This document shows positions 12,298 through 25,942 of a stretch of DNA of 64,000 nucleotides, one piece after another. Source of the stretch: Eledone cirrhosa (lineage: Eukaryota); the NCBI GenBank assembly GCA_964016885.1, contig OZ024747.1, forward strand, positions 80,476,001 to 80,540,000. The letters run 5' to 3'. The translations under genes were made by a program, and so were the position numbers. The notes below the pieces were generated by a model that saw nothing but the letters and a program-made list of their open reading frames with translations, was not told the DNA's origin and ran no database searches. The number at the start of each line of letters is the position of its first letter. Positions within the stretch are counted from its first letter, which is position 1.

Positions 12298-15058
12298 TAA
12301 TGAAAAATTGAACGGGAACAAAAAAGAGAGGCAGTACAAACAAATGTTTATTAATTTCACGCTCTTGAGAGTGGGGTGGTGGTGGGGAACGACGTTTCGG
12401 GCATAAGCCCTTCTTCAGGTGAAAAGTGTGTGGGAAGAGAGTTCAAAGGGTGTGTAGGGGAGTGGTGGAGAGACATATAGCAAAAAGGCGGTGAGAGGAA
12501 ACGGTGCAAATGAAATTAAAAATAAAGGCATGATCAAGATAAAATTAAAATGGGGTAAAACAGGTGGTGGAAGGGTGTGGGGCATGTAGGGGTGGTGGCG
12601 GGTGGAGTGGGGAGAGGGAGACGGGGTGTCCGAGCGGGGAGGGCTGAAGGTGGTGTGTGTGTGTGTAGGTGTACGTGTGTGTGTGTGTGTATGTGAAAGC
12701 AAGTGTTGGGGGAAGAACGGGGTTGCATGTTCAGGAAGAGGTGTGTGTGGGGTGGGGTGTAGGTCGGAGTGTGTGTGCGTGTGTGGATAGAGGGGTGGGG
12801 GGAGAGGATTCCGGAGGCTGAATGTGTAAATATGTGGTGGTACGCACGTGTGTGTGTGGTGTTTATGCGTGTTGTTGGTGTAGGTGGCGTGTGGGAAATG
12901 TTTTTCTTTTGGGGTGTGTGTGTGTGTGAGTCATAAAGGTAATTCCGTAAAAAGATGTGGTGGAATGCTTAGTAAAATCCTTGGATGTGGTGGATTCCGG
13001 GATCAAGGTTCACATACGTGTAATCCGTGAAGAGATGGTCGGAAGAGGGGAGATGTGGGGTGCGCGCGCAACAGGAAGTGGTCAGAGGGTCAAGGCAGGA
13101 GGAGTGTTGTGTGTCTGTGTGTGCGGGGAGGTGGTCAGAGGGCATAGCAGCAGTAAGGTAGAATGGTAAGTGAAGGTGTGTCAGTGTGTGCGGTGGACAG
13201 GGGAGAGGATGGGTAGGTGTGAAAGTTAGAGTGTGGAGGGGGTGTGTGTGTATTAGTAGAGGTGTTAGTGGGATGAGTGAGTGTTTGAGAAAGGGTGTGG
13301 GTGGAGCGGGGAGAGAAGGGTGTGAGGGTCGATGGAGGGAGTGTAGTGTACTGGTGTGTGTGTTTGGTGAAGGGGGTGTTAGTGGGTGTTAGTATACAGG
13401 AGGTGGAGAAAGAGTTGAATGCGGGTGTGAGTGGGGGTCAGTGGTGGTAGGGAGTGTAGAGTGGGTGGTGTAAGAGGGTGTGTGTGTACGTGTGATTAAG
13501 GTTGGGGGGTGTTAGTGATGTTAGTTGAGTGTAGGGTGGGTGGTGTAAGTGGGTGTGTGTGTTCGTGTGCTTGGGGTCAGGGGGTGTTAGTGATGTTAGT
13601 TGCGGGGTGGTGGGGTGAATGTGTGGGGGTGAGGGTTAGTAGTGGTAGTAGGGTGTGTGTTTAGTGTATATATGTGCCGGTGGGTGTGTGCGTGTGATAA
13701 GGAGGGGGGAGGAGAAGTAGGGAGGGATGTTAGTATGTTAGTTGTGGAAAGGTGGTCAGATGTGGGGTGGAGGTGTTAGTATTGTTAGTTGTGGGGTGGG
13801 CGGTGAAAAGGAGGGGTGTGTTAGTGGTGTTAGTGGGGGATATGTGTGGGGGGAGGGGGCGGTCGAAGGCTAAAGGAATAAGGGTGGGGAGTTCAGGCCG
13901 GGGGGAGTGTGGGTCTGTAAGATGAAGATGGTTCGTTGTTCAACTCTTAGGAGATTGGCGGGTGTTCCGTGGCATTGGAGTAGGCCACAGACTGTGAGAT
14001 GGCGTGCGGAATGTCCAGGGGCACCAAAGTGGTGGGCGATGGGGGAACTACCACCGAGACGAATATCCCGGAGGTGCTCAGTAAATCTGTCCGCCAGGCG
14101 ACGTCCAGTCTGTCCGACGTTAGTCGCGCTGCTCTCCGCGCAGCGAAGTCCGTAGACTAGGTTGGAGGAGGTGCAGCGGAAGGCACGCCGGACAGCGAGA
14201 GAGTGGCCGTTGGGACCCTGGAAGGTGGTGGTGTTGGTGATGTGGGGACAGATGTTGCAGCGGGGCCTAGAACAGGGAAAGGAACGGGGGGGAGCGTGGG
14301 TTGGGGGGTAGGGAGCTGTGTACGAGGAAGGTGCGGAGATTGCGTGCGCGTTTGAAGGAGGGGAGTGGTGGGGCTGGGAAGATGTGGGAGGTGGAGGGGT
14401 CGGACTGGAGGCGTCGGAAGAGGCGGAGGATGGTGCGGTGGATGGGGTATGGTGGAGGGGTGGTAGGTGATGGGGAAGGGGAGAATGTGGGTGGGTGTGC
14501 GGTGGCGTGGGGTGAGGGTGGTGGAGCGGTGGACAGCACGGGCGCGGGTGAGAGCGGTGTGGACGAGAGGGGGGGGGGGACCTCTGCGGATGAAATGGCT
14601 GACTAGCGAAAGGGCCTGGGACTCAAAGTCGGCATCTCGGCTACAGAGGCGGCGGACCCTGAGGAGTTGAGAGTAGGGAATAGAGTGTTTAGTGTGTGTG
14701 GGGTGGGAAGAGGTGAAGTCGAGGTAAGAGTGGGAGTCGGTGGGTTTGAAGAAGGCGGAGGTGACGAGGGAGTGGTGGGAGAGGTCGAAGGCGACGGAGA
14801 TGTCTAAGAAGTGGACGTGGGTGGTGGAGATAGAGGTGGTGAAGTGGAGGGAGGGGTGGAAGGAGCAGAAGAAGGAGAGAAAGGAGTCGAGCTGTTCTCG
14901 GTTGAGGGTCGTGGCTCCGATACAGTCGTCGATGTAACGACCGTACAGTTCGGGTGTGGGGCCGGTGTACTGGGCAAAGATTTGGGCCTCAACATGGCCA
15001 ACAAAAAGGTTGGCATAGTTTGGGCCCATTCTTGTACCCATGGCTACCCCCGTGACCT
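12298..15058 (-). mobile_element. 5'-truncated Penelope-like retroelement (RT C-terminus, GIY-YIG, long 3' UTR, pLTR)
   Basis: GVAMGTRMGPNYANLF..YGRYIDD..FLDI..KPTDSHSYLDFTSSHP..SIPYSQLLRVRRLCS, then NLVY..NVGQTGRRLADRFTEH..PGLN (about 13870-15058, frameshifted); (TA)n at both ends. Confidence 0.92.
12389..12424 (-). ncRNA. Minimal Penelope-type hammerhead
   Basis: Minus strand CTGAAGA-a-GGGC ttat GCCC-GAAA-cg-TC. Confidence 0.7.
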
Positions 15059-15070
15059 ATATATATATAT

Positions 15071-15298
15071 ACGATATTAACAAATGGAAACTATATTTAT
15101 ATATTATATTTTATCTGATGAAAGCACACCATAATTTAACTTGGTGTCCTTGAAATATGTATAATGAAATAAATATGGTTTTATAAATATAGTTTCCATT
15201 TGTTAATATCGTATTTTTACTCCAATTATTTGTTGAGTGCTTTATATCAGTTATAAAATTATTTGCTTGTTGTATCCCAACAATTTAAATAGAACTTT

Positions 15299-15301
<3 letters not shown>
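15071..15301 (+). mobile_element. Family A inverted-arm element with hammerhead (15107-15171) and tail
   Basis: Short inverted arm 15071-15101; CTGATGA-AAGCACACCA..TGGTGTCCTT-GAAA-TATGTA-TA; (TA)n flanks. Confidence 0.85.
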
Positions 15302-15351
<50 letters not shown>

Positions 15352-15370
15352 GTGTTTGTGAGCCTATAAA

Positions 15371-15438
<68 letters not shown>

Positions 15439-15919
15439 TAGAAAGCACTAGGTGAATGTAATCCATCGTTACCCAGCCTTACACAATTACACCAAACAGT
15501 TGTGTGACTACGATCCAACATACGATGTTGGTCTTTTCAGATACTCTTAGTAAGGATGGAGTGAATACACTGTTTTCAAATTAATATAAACTGCAATACA
15601 TGTATTGCTTAGTGGTTCAGTTGTTTTAATTTTAACCGTATTGTGTAAATCAGTTTTGAAGAAGTGGACTGTTTGTAAAGCAATGCATTTATTATCTGAT
15701 ATATTTTTAGAAATATTTCGTTTACTAAGTAATAATTTAGCGACGCATAGACCTGTCTTTCAAAATGTAGAATGAATAATGATCTAGCTAGTGTTTCTGT
15801 CTAATACTTGTCTCCTTCACTGTGTGCACAAAAAGTAGTGCGCCTGGAGTATATGTTTGTGTTGACATGTAAAAATAGGACAAAGTGATGAAGGGAATTT
15901 TGACGTTGTTTTATTACGA

Positions 15920-16250
15920 AGTCACTGGTGCAGTCTGCGACTAACCCAAGTACTGCTGCACGCCGGGCTGAGGAGGTCAAACTCTCCAAGTAACGGTCAC
16001 TCTCTGACAGGCTCGCAGTCGTGCCCTTGGGAGTGGAGACATCTGGTGTCCTTGGCCCTAGGGCTACCCCCCCCCCCTATTCCGCACAATAGGTGCTGAG
16101 CTAGCCGGCCGCAGATGTGAGCCTCGCGAGTTGGAATGGCTCTTCCAGCGCATCTCCCTTACCATTCTCCGGGGAAACGCCTCCTCTATCCTCTCCACCG
16201 GGGCTGTGGGGAGGCCAGCACGTGGACCCCGTTTGCTCATCATACAGATT
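15920..16250 (+). mobile_element. CRE-like non-LTR retrotransposon 3' fragment (RLE C-terminus)
   Basis: AARRAEEVKLSK*..VPLGVETSGVLGPRA..ELEWLFQRISLTILRGNASSIL; AE..K..K(Y) and QR.S....RGNA motifs. Confidence 0.75.
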
Positions 16251-16721
16251 AATAGGCAAAGTTATAGACTATTGTAAATAAACCTATTTAATATTCACTG
16301 AGCAGATGTGAAATGGAAAAGGTTCCAGCTTTTAATGACGAATCGGTATATTGGGTATTTTTTTAAATCTAAGATTACATTATCCAATGTCCTCAGAAAT
16401 ATTTGTTGGAAATTTCATTGGTATTTCTAGGTGGTCGTGTACCCACGGGATGATTCTGAAATGCGATTTGTCAGATTCGTAGCGAGCTTGAATAGCTGGA
16501 GGTTTTGTTTGAATGTATATTGACATATCTCTATAAATCTCTCTCATTGTTACACGATTCAACTGTTTGGCGTTAGGTCATCAGAAAATAAGGTTTCAGT
16601 TATCTAAGAAAAAAAGTTCTCATACATTTGGCTAAGATGACATGGAATGGATCTAATGATGGTGAAGCGAACCATTCAGTCACATTTGCCTTCACAACTT
16701 GTTCAACATAGTTATTGCCTA

Positions 16722-16935
16722 CCCGCAGGTGCGAGCCTTGCGAGCTGGAATGGCTCTTCCAGCCCATCTCCATCACCATCCTCCGGGGAAACGCCTTCTC
16801 TGTTCTGTCCGCCGTAGCCGCGGGAAGGCCAGCGCGAGAGACCCTCATTTGCTCATGATAGTGAGAGATGGGGAGAGTGTGAGAGATGGAAGCAGTGAGA
16901 GCAGGAGTTTGGTTCCTTTGTGTTCGGACCTGGTT
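16722..16935 (+). mobile_element. CRE-like 3' fragment plus 3' UTR
   Basis: Similar to 16110-16245 (GCGAGCTGGAATGGCTCTTCCAGC..GGGGAAACGCC). Confidence 0.7.
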
Positions 16936-17234
16936 TAAATGTATAATCTTCACAGACACACTCACGTTAACCGCTTATACTCTGATTGTGGTTAATAAAA
17001 TAATCAGAAAGTTAAAACCATCTTCCTAAAACCTTTAGTTTAGGAACGCTACTGCATTAGCTACTCCTGCACAATTGGTTTAAATTGGTTCAATTCCTTT
17101 CTATTGGATTGTCTCCCTAAAATATCATATTTAAATGAAACAGCTTCATGTAATTTTATCTCCTGCTAGATCCTCCTTATTGACTAACTGAAATTAAATA
17201 TAGAAAATACATGAAGAAATTATGTTCATATATA

Positions 17235-17322
17235 TCTAAGGCGGGTAAAATTCCCGAGATCCATGGACGAGTTCTCTCCAGCGGTCTCTGTCCCTCATTA
17301 TCGCTGCCATGTCCTGCGTCTC
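17235..17322 (-). mobile_element. RTE-like LINE extreme 3' fragment
   Basis: Near-identical to 27015-27100. Confidence 0.7.
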
Positions 17323-17361
17323 CTACGGAGGAGAGGATGGAGACTGTGGAGGTGATGTATG

Positions 17362-17411
<50 letters not shown>

Positions 17412-17415
<4 letters not shown>

Positions 17416-17765
17416 TCGCTTTACTGTGTCGGTTGTCACAAACAGTCATGATCGGCATGGGCTGGTGTTTGGATTCTGTCGATCGATTGGTTATTGATTA
17501 GGCGATACCCGCTGATGAAGCCGCATAAGCCGGTTGTGCATTTTTGCATAATATATGCAGACGGATAGTGCAGTGCACCTTACTGCTGCATTAGTGCGGC
17601 CGAAACTCGAGTCCGGGAACTATTATAGACACCCGTTTTACGTGTGTTGTATTGAAGCGAATAAATATGTGTATACTCTGGGAATGTAGCTTACATTGCC
17701 CATGGAGTACGCTGACGTACAACCGATCCTGGCATTATTAAATATGCTGGGTCCCTCAACTTCTT
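17412..17765 (+). mobile_element. (TA)n-flanked non-coding element of about 350 bp with complete hammerhead (retrozyme/pLTR-like monomer)
   Basis: Bounded by (TA)n; contains hammerhead 17508-17617, AATAAA and an ACTC..GAGT hairpin downstream. Confidence 0.75.
17508..17617 (+). ncRNA. Type I hammerhead with large branched stem II
   Basis: CCCG-CTGATGA-aGCCGCA...TGCGGCc-GAAA-CTCGAG-TC-CGGG; canonical core and GUC cleavage triplet. Confidence 0.85.
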
Positions 17766-17834
17766 ATATATATATATATATATATATAAATGAAAGGTAT
17801 AGAAAACATTGTAGCGAAAAGCTAACAGTATTCC

Positions 17835-17921
<87 letters not shown>

Positions 17922-19110
17922 ATATAATTCAAAGTCCACTTAACGATCGGTAACTATCTAGAATATTTTTTCATGAAAATATTCTGTGAATATTAAAATT
18001 AATGAATGCGTTGTAAAAAAAGAAAATTGATGACTCTACAAATGCAGTGCAGCTTTCTGAAGCCAAGGAGTTTATATGTAAACAATCTTGTCAAAGCTTC
18101 ATTGAATAGTTGATATAAAATTGATCAGCTACATATTCTTGTTAAATACATATGACAAGGTCGAAACTTTTATTTTTAATACATACGAGATAAATTTATG
18201 TAATAAAAAAATCTTATATATGACAATATGACAATGATACAAATTTACAAGTGTTAATGTTTGTTTAATGTAATAAATGAATGGTGTAATCTTTCAATGT
18301 TAACTGCTGAAACAACGACTTCTTATATATATTCTTTTATTTTAAGAACAGTTAAAATATTCGAACAGAACTACACCTTTCATGTTACTGTCTAAATCGA
18401 AATAAGTGTGCTATATATAGAGTATTATATGTGAAATTAATGTTTACCATGTTGGTTACTCTGTTGAAAGATTTCCATTAAGAAAATATTTTTAGTCAAG
18501 AAAACTGATGACAAATCATGGGGGGTATGGAAAAGTGTTGGTAAATGATTCTCAGGGACCCGATTATGTGAGCTGTTGGAAATCTACGTAAATTTACGTT
18601 AATGCTTTATTGCAATTTGAAATGCAAAGAAAATATCACGAGCTTTTATCAATAAATTCCTATAAACTTAGCTAAAAGACTTAGGCATAATTATTGTAAG
18701 AAATGATATGCAGCAGGGAAGCGAAACGCCATCATGTGAAATATATACATAAATACAGCATTTGGTAGAAGAAATGTAAGTGGATTAACTTTTTTGTAAA
18801 AGCCTATATACATCGTTCAAAATATATTAAATATTGTATCGAATCTAATATATACAATAATTTATTTTATTGATGGATGTAGGTAATGTCACCATAAGTT
18901 CTGTGTATCATAAAGATATAATGTATTTGGATATTTGTAGATTTGGTTGTTTCTCCTAGAGTAAGATAGGCGGCGAATTGACAGAGCCGTTAGAAGGTCA
19001 GTAGAATGTTTGCGGTATTCATATCGGCTCACTGCACTATGAGTTCAAATATACATATATATGTGTCCCGGATTCAATCGAGGGTAACCACAGTAGGTAA
19101 GGTACTCAAT

Positions 19111-19154
<44 letters not shown>

Positions 19155-19409
19155 ATGTATGTATATATGCATGTCAGGTAGCTATCGAGTGCTACTGGTA
19201 ACATATAACCCAGTACAACCTGTTTTATTGTCGGGTCGGCGGCGACTAATCCGGGAACCCCACCAAGCAAGCTTGGTGGGGAGGGTGATATTTGGACACC
19301 CTGCGGGATGAAATTCCAGACCTAGCGAAGCGCGGAGGAACTCAGCAGAGTCAACGGCCATCTAAATAGTATTTTTCTTTTTTGTCACAATAAAAATACT
19401 AAGTTATGC

Positions 19410-19446
<37 letters not shown>

Positions 19447-20227
19447 GTATAAAGGAAATATATATATATATATCTCCTTTGTACTTTCACGTGCCTAAGC
19501 TAGTGGTCTGTGAAAAAGAAGTTGGTATATCGCCATCAACATCAAGTATTCATACATGTATGCACATACGTACAAACAAAATCCTATATATGTTACATAT
19601 GCAAATAAACATATGTAGACTCAATAGAAGATAGATCGATAGCTATCTTAAAGGAACATATGAAAATAGATACAAAATAGTAAATTCGTATCTGGTTTTA
19701 ACATTATAAGTATCAAAGATATTCTGTGTGTAAACTTATTGCTTCTTTTTCTTATGAGAAAAACTTGAAAAACTTTAAGCGTCTAAGCATATTATTCCAT
19801 ATTGCATTGTTAAAAGCGGTTGATTTGTAAATATATTACTGCAAGTTTCACGCTAAGTTTATCGCTACTATTGCAACGGACATATACGTGAGTTTGTATG
19901 TATGTATGTATGTATGTATGTATGTATGTATGTATGTATGTATGTATGTATGTATGTATGTATGTTTATAAGTTCGTGTGTGTGGCTATATGTATGTGGG
20001 TTTGTATATGTTTATACGTAATATGTATCTATGAATATGATATATATATCTATATATATGTGAGCGTATTTATAATTGTATATATGTATGTTTATCAATT
20101 TATCTATCCATCTAACTATCTAAACCAGTATATGCGCACACAAACACACACACACATATATATATATGTGTATATATATGTATCTGGATGTGTGTGTGTG
20201 TGTGCGCGTGTGTATGTGTATGTGCGT

Positions 20228-20318
<91 letters not shown>

Positions 20319-21159
20319 CTAATATAGCGAAGCTTTAGTGGAAATGACAGTACTGATTGTATAGACTCTGCTAATAAGTGCACTGGCTGGTGGTTTTTTC
20401 TTTAAACAAGCAAGAGAGCTCTCTAGTCTGGTGCATTTATTTGATTTGCAACAGCTGCTGGGTGTTCGTGTTAAACAATTCGTCTTTCGTCTTGTATTTT
20501 TTTTATTCGGTGTGATGGGCGAATTATCTGTAAAATGTGTAATACAATTTCACATACCGACTCAAACAAAAGCATTTATTTCTCCATACTCTACATTGAT
20601 ACACATATAATTTGTAAGTGTTTGTACGTTTCTATGTGTATATTATTTAGTCTACCTGCCATATACACTTAAAATCTATGTACAATATATACTACGATAG
20701 AGGACAAAACTAAAATAATGATACGTCTTTGGTTGAGAACCCAAGAAAACAATGATAATATACTAATTACACAATAATGTTGCGAAACAATGGTGTCCAT
20801 CCACCTGTATATATATTCGATCTCTATAATATAGTTTATACCTTTGTAGATGTCCTGGTAAATCTATTGAACTAGTCTTGCTTAATCAAGTTAACAATAT
20901 CACATTATTCGCCACAAAACCCTCAGCGTACTAATTTGTCGTAGCTTACACAGTTTTAGTTCTCATGTGTCAAAACTGAACACATCTAACGAGAGATTCT
21001 CGAATTTACGATGTAAACAATCTTATCAACGTGGTAAACTCTACCTTATCATGATACCTATCTTTAGTGTCAGGATTTGAAAGAACCGGATACCTAATTA
21101 TGCCGAATGTGTTTATCTACAGAAACTTGACGTTCGCTCTAACATTATATATAAGAGAT

Positions 21160-21348
21160 GGCGGTGGATTGGCAGTATCGGTAGAGAGTCGGACACCATG
21201 CTTTGACGCATAGAGTTACGGCCCTTGCCATTCTGAGTTCAAATCCCACCGAGGTCAACTTTGCCTTTCATACTTACGGGGTCGATAAAATAAAGCACCA
21301 GTAATACACTGGGATAATTGCTGGCCTCGTGCCAAAAGTAGAAACAAT
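21160..21348 (+). mobile_element. tRNA-derived SINE, near full length
   Basis: Head, core and tail as in other copies; TSD attatatataagagat. Confidence 0.9.
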
Positions 21349-21763
21349 TATATATAAGAGATATAGAATGAGATGGAGGGGGCGAGAGAGATGGGGCGAT
21401 GACGGTGGGTGTTCGGCTCTTCCGTGTTCGGAGTGTATTTTCATACTTGTGACGAACATTGAGAATTCTTATTTATAGTTTGAATCTTTATAGAAATTAT
21501 AGCGAAATTTCCTTGAAAGTAAACATTATCGATATAACGGTGGAGTGACTCTTTGGAAAATGGAATTATTATTGATATAGAAAATGCATGTTGGTCGTGG
21601 CTTTTGCTCCACTCGCAAATGGCTGAAACAAGTCTGAACGAGCACACATGGAATACTTTTGTCCCAAGAATACTAAAATATTAAACAACATAGAACATTT
21701 TGAAATGTCATCGTCGTAGAACCCCCCCCCCCCCTTGGTTTTCAACAAAAACACACACACACA

Positions 21764-21930
<167 letters not shown>

Positions 21931-22325
21931 GTGTGTGTGTATGTATGTGTGTGTGTGGATATGTGCGGATGTGTGTATGCGCATGTAAACACGTCCAAAA
22001 AATAGTTTACCATACAGCTACAACGAAACGTACCTATAACACTTTCACTCCACATTCATGCACATATTAGATAGGAGAATCCTTGAAAAAGAGTCCTAAA
22101 TTACCCAAAATAGTAAAAGATAAAACAGAATTCTAAACGAATCCTTATTCATAAAATATATTCCATACAACCTAATCTCAACAAATCACCAGCATTGAAT
22201 GTGCTCTAACACTACATAGATAAACATACGGGATCATTTATACACATACGTTAGGCATACACTATTGCACATATCTTATAATTAAATCTTGTATATATAT
22301 ACACACACACACACACACACATATA

Positions 22326-22375
<50 letters not shown>

Positions 22376-22866
22376 AGTATGTGTATGTGTCTGATTTTGT
22401 GTAAATTTATATAATATATACATACAATGAGAGAGAGAAAATGTCGAGAAAAGAAAACGAAATACGACGAGAAAGAACGACGTATTGTTGTACAAGCATT
22501 ACCTCATATAACAGTATATATGTATTATCTTATATAGCTGATAACATTGCTTTTAACGACTATGTAATAGTTGAAACCCCTAATCGTAATCTTTCAGTCC
22601 CTCAAACATCTAATTACAATATGCTTCCTCTCTCGCTCCACCAACTAAAGAATGGAGCTTAATTATAACTTTTCTTTCATTTACACATGATATCAAAAAC
22701 ACAACACATCCCAGAAAATAGTTGAATCTGAGAATATTCATCTACATGTAATACAATCCAGATACTCTGATGATGATGGCTAGTGAATATATCGAAGGCT
22801 CATTCCATCCACCATTATAGGACCTGGCTTAGTGAGACTAATGCATCCAATCTGAACAGTCATTAA

Positions 22867-23082
22867 CCCTTGAGCAATTACATTACTATATATTTACTAT
22901 TGTATTTTCGTGGTAAAAGCTTTACCTCATAATTATCTGACATAAAAACTAATCTATGAGACTTTAATATTATTTATTTTGATAATACCTTAACACCAGT
23001 ATTAGTGACCCGTTAAGGCCGGTTTGGACAGAAAGAGGTGAGAGAATTCTGGCCGGATATGGCCCGTTTAAATGCTAAAGCG
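22867..23082. mobile_element. piggyBac-like MITE
   Basis: TTAA|CCCTTGAGCAATT ... AAATGCTAAAGCG|TTAA: imperfect TIRs with TTAA flanks. Confidence 0.65.
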
Positions 23083-23997
23083 TTAACACAATCACTTGTG
23101 CGAATATGCAAATGGCTTAACACATAATTGATATAAAATTATGAAGTTGATCGAAGTTTCTCCGTTCAAACTGAAAGAATTACATCACAGATGATCATGA
23201 TAGCCAGATGTATTCAATGTTGTTTTATTTCTCATATTCCTATATATCATAAAGTGTCACAAAATATGTGTCTTATAGTATATAGCACTGTAATATGGTA
23301 TATAGGTTATATAGTACTCGTCTTCGTAGAAGTTGAACTCGACGTTCCACGTGTTGTTAACCTATATACTAGGGGATAACAGTAAGTTCACCGTCAACCC
23401 AAACGACCATAACTGACTCGCGTCGTGATCTTCATTAGATTCGGATATTTCGTGAAGAACCAGATGAATTAGAGCACGACTCGGGACGATAGAGGAATGG
23501 CAGGGCAGCAGTGTCAGGTCGGATGGTGAGTGGAAGTCAAGGCCACTGAATCTCACTAGTAGTCTCGCCTGTATCCTGCCTGTGTCATCGAAATCGATAT
23601 TGCAGTTCATAAATCATCTCCACTAAATATTCCTGATTATTACAATAAAGGCAAGGAGACTCTTGGAATGGTGTTTGATTCACTTTCCCCTCGATATAGT
23701 CCGTCATTCTCTGATCTCAGATTTCTGCTTTTGTTGCAATCATTTATAATCACTGCCTTTTTTGGGCCAGACAGATGTCTTATATTTCTTTCCTACTAAT
23801 AATTCATGTGTAATTTATTGATAGTTCTATTATATCTATCATATATTTTATTTATTTAGTCCACTGTACACCGGCCTCACTTTTCCTTGAAACAGTTATC
23901 AATGTATGCAGGATTATCTACGCCTTTCATGTCAGCTTATATGTAATGTACTTACTGTGATATTTTTCAACGTTATCTATATTACTAAAACAGAGAA

Positions 23998-24060
<63 letters not shown>

Positions 24061-24491
24061 GTACAATCCCTAAAACTCGAGAACCACTCAACCGATTGTT
24101 TTAAAACTTTACATATGTGATACTTATGGTCCTATTGAGTGTGCTGAGCAAGAAGAATTCAAATGTTCAATGCCCTAGGGACCGCATTAGGCGATTTAGC
24201 GATCTCTTTCTCTCTCTCTTAATCTTTCTCTTTTTAGATAGATACATAGATATAACGTTGCGCCATTATAATATCTGTCTGTATGCCTGGCTGTCTGAAT
24301 TACGTCATTATGACGCGATATATGTGCGTATGTGTGTGTGTGTGTGTGCCTGTATATGTATATATAGTGTGTATATAGTATAACGTTTTTCTAAATATTT
24401 ACTTCTGCGTTCACAGATTTATTACTTTAGTTTAAGAAGATCCCGTTAAGGGTGAAAGCAGCGATTCTTTGCTTAAAATTTAATCTGTTAT

Positions 24492-24549
<58 letters not shown>

Positions 24550-24552
24550 ATG

Positions 24553-24603
<51 letters not shown>

Positions 24604-24672
24604 TATGAAGAGAGAAGAAACATTTAGATATAATTAGTAATAAAATGTATCATACCTAAGCTGTTCCTAAAT

Positions 24673-24760
24673 TCCTCGACTACGTAGTTTCGTGGCATAA
24701 ACAAAAACAATATATCAAAGATATAGAGTCCCTGCGAGGTCTGCCGACTTATCAAGAGGA
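24673..24760 (-). ncRNA. Type I hammerhead, U3-A8 variant (unit 1)
   Basis: Minus strand TCCTC-TTGATAA-GTcGGCA...TGCCAC-GAAA-CTACGTAG-TC-GAGGA. Confidence 0.85.
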
Positions 24761-25263
24761 TACCTCATTTTACTAGTCTCAAGAACGCGTCTACACGACG
24801 TGAGAAAGAATCCCAAAAGGCGGAGGGGGAGATAGTCACGCGATATAATGGTCGAGAAACAGAGCTAAGCCTCTTATAACCACGAAGAAAATACCACGGA
24901 GGTGGAGGGGGTATTCATATCGAGGCCGTAGAAGAGGTAGTGAAGAAGGCGAGAAGTATGAGTAATGGAAGCTTTCCAGTTGTCCCCACACTTCAAAGAT
25001 TGCTCGACCAGAGGGAGTTATTAATATATTAAGAAACACACAGATACATGCGGACACACACATATATACATGAATGCATCCGCACCCAACTGTGAGTTAA
25101 GGGTGCCAACTTCACCGATGTTGCTCAATGAATGACTGGGACAGACCAATTCAGTTTGAACCAGACTGAACCAGTATCAGAGTTAAAAATACATTATGAA
25201 GAGAGAAGAAACATTTAGATATAATTAGTAATAAAATGTATCATACCTAAACTGTTCCTAAAT

Positions 25264-25351
25264 TCCTCGACTACGTAGTTTCGTGGCATAAACAAAAACA
25301 ATATATCAAAGATATAGAGTCCCTGCGAGGTCTGCCGACTTATCAAGAGGA
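25264..25351 (-). ncRNA. Type I hammerhead, U3-A8 variant (unit 2)
   Basis: Same sequence as 24673-24760, offset 591. Confidence 0.85.
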
Positions 25352-25854
25352 TACCTCATTTTACTAGTCTCAAGAACGCGTCTACACGACGTGAGAAAGA
25401 ATCCCAAAAGGCGGAGGGGGAGATAGTCACGCGATATAATGGTCGAGAAACAGAGCTAAGCCTCTTATAACCACGAAGAAAATACCACGGAGGTGGAGGG
25501 GGTATTCATATCGAGGCCGTAGAAGAGGTAGTGAAGAAGGCGAGAAGTATGAGTAATGGAAGCTTTCCAGTTGTCCCCACACTTCAAAGATTGCTCGACC
25601 AGAGGGAGTTATTAATATATTAAGAAACACACAGATACATGCGGACACACACATATATACATGAATGCATCCGCACCCAACTGTGAGTTAAGGGTGCCAA
25701 CTTCACCGATGTTGCTCAATGAATGACTGGGACAGACCAATTCAGTTTGAACCAGACTGAACCAGTATCAGAGTTAAAAATACATTATGAAGAGAGAAGA
25801 AACATTTAGATATAATTAGTAATAAAATGTATCATACCTAAACTGTTCCTAAAT

Positions 25855-25942
25855 TCCTCGACTACGTAGTTTCGTGGCATAAACAAAAACAATATATCAA
25901 AGATATAGAGTCCCTGCGAGGTCTGCCGACTTATCAAGAGGA
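25855..25942 (-). ncRNA. Type I hammerhead, U3-A8 variant (unit 3)
   Basis: Same sequence, offset 1182. Confidence 0.85.

Noticed and set aside
16380-16562. Protein-like minus-strand ORF (similar cases at 10700-10978 and 37336-37573)
   Set aside because: No recognisable domain and no convincing splice context
23329-23380. Small exon candidate (tcttcgtag|...AACA|gtaagt)
   Set aside because: Plausible splice sites, but the peptide is unrecognisable and the phase does not follow the PLAT exon
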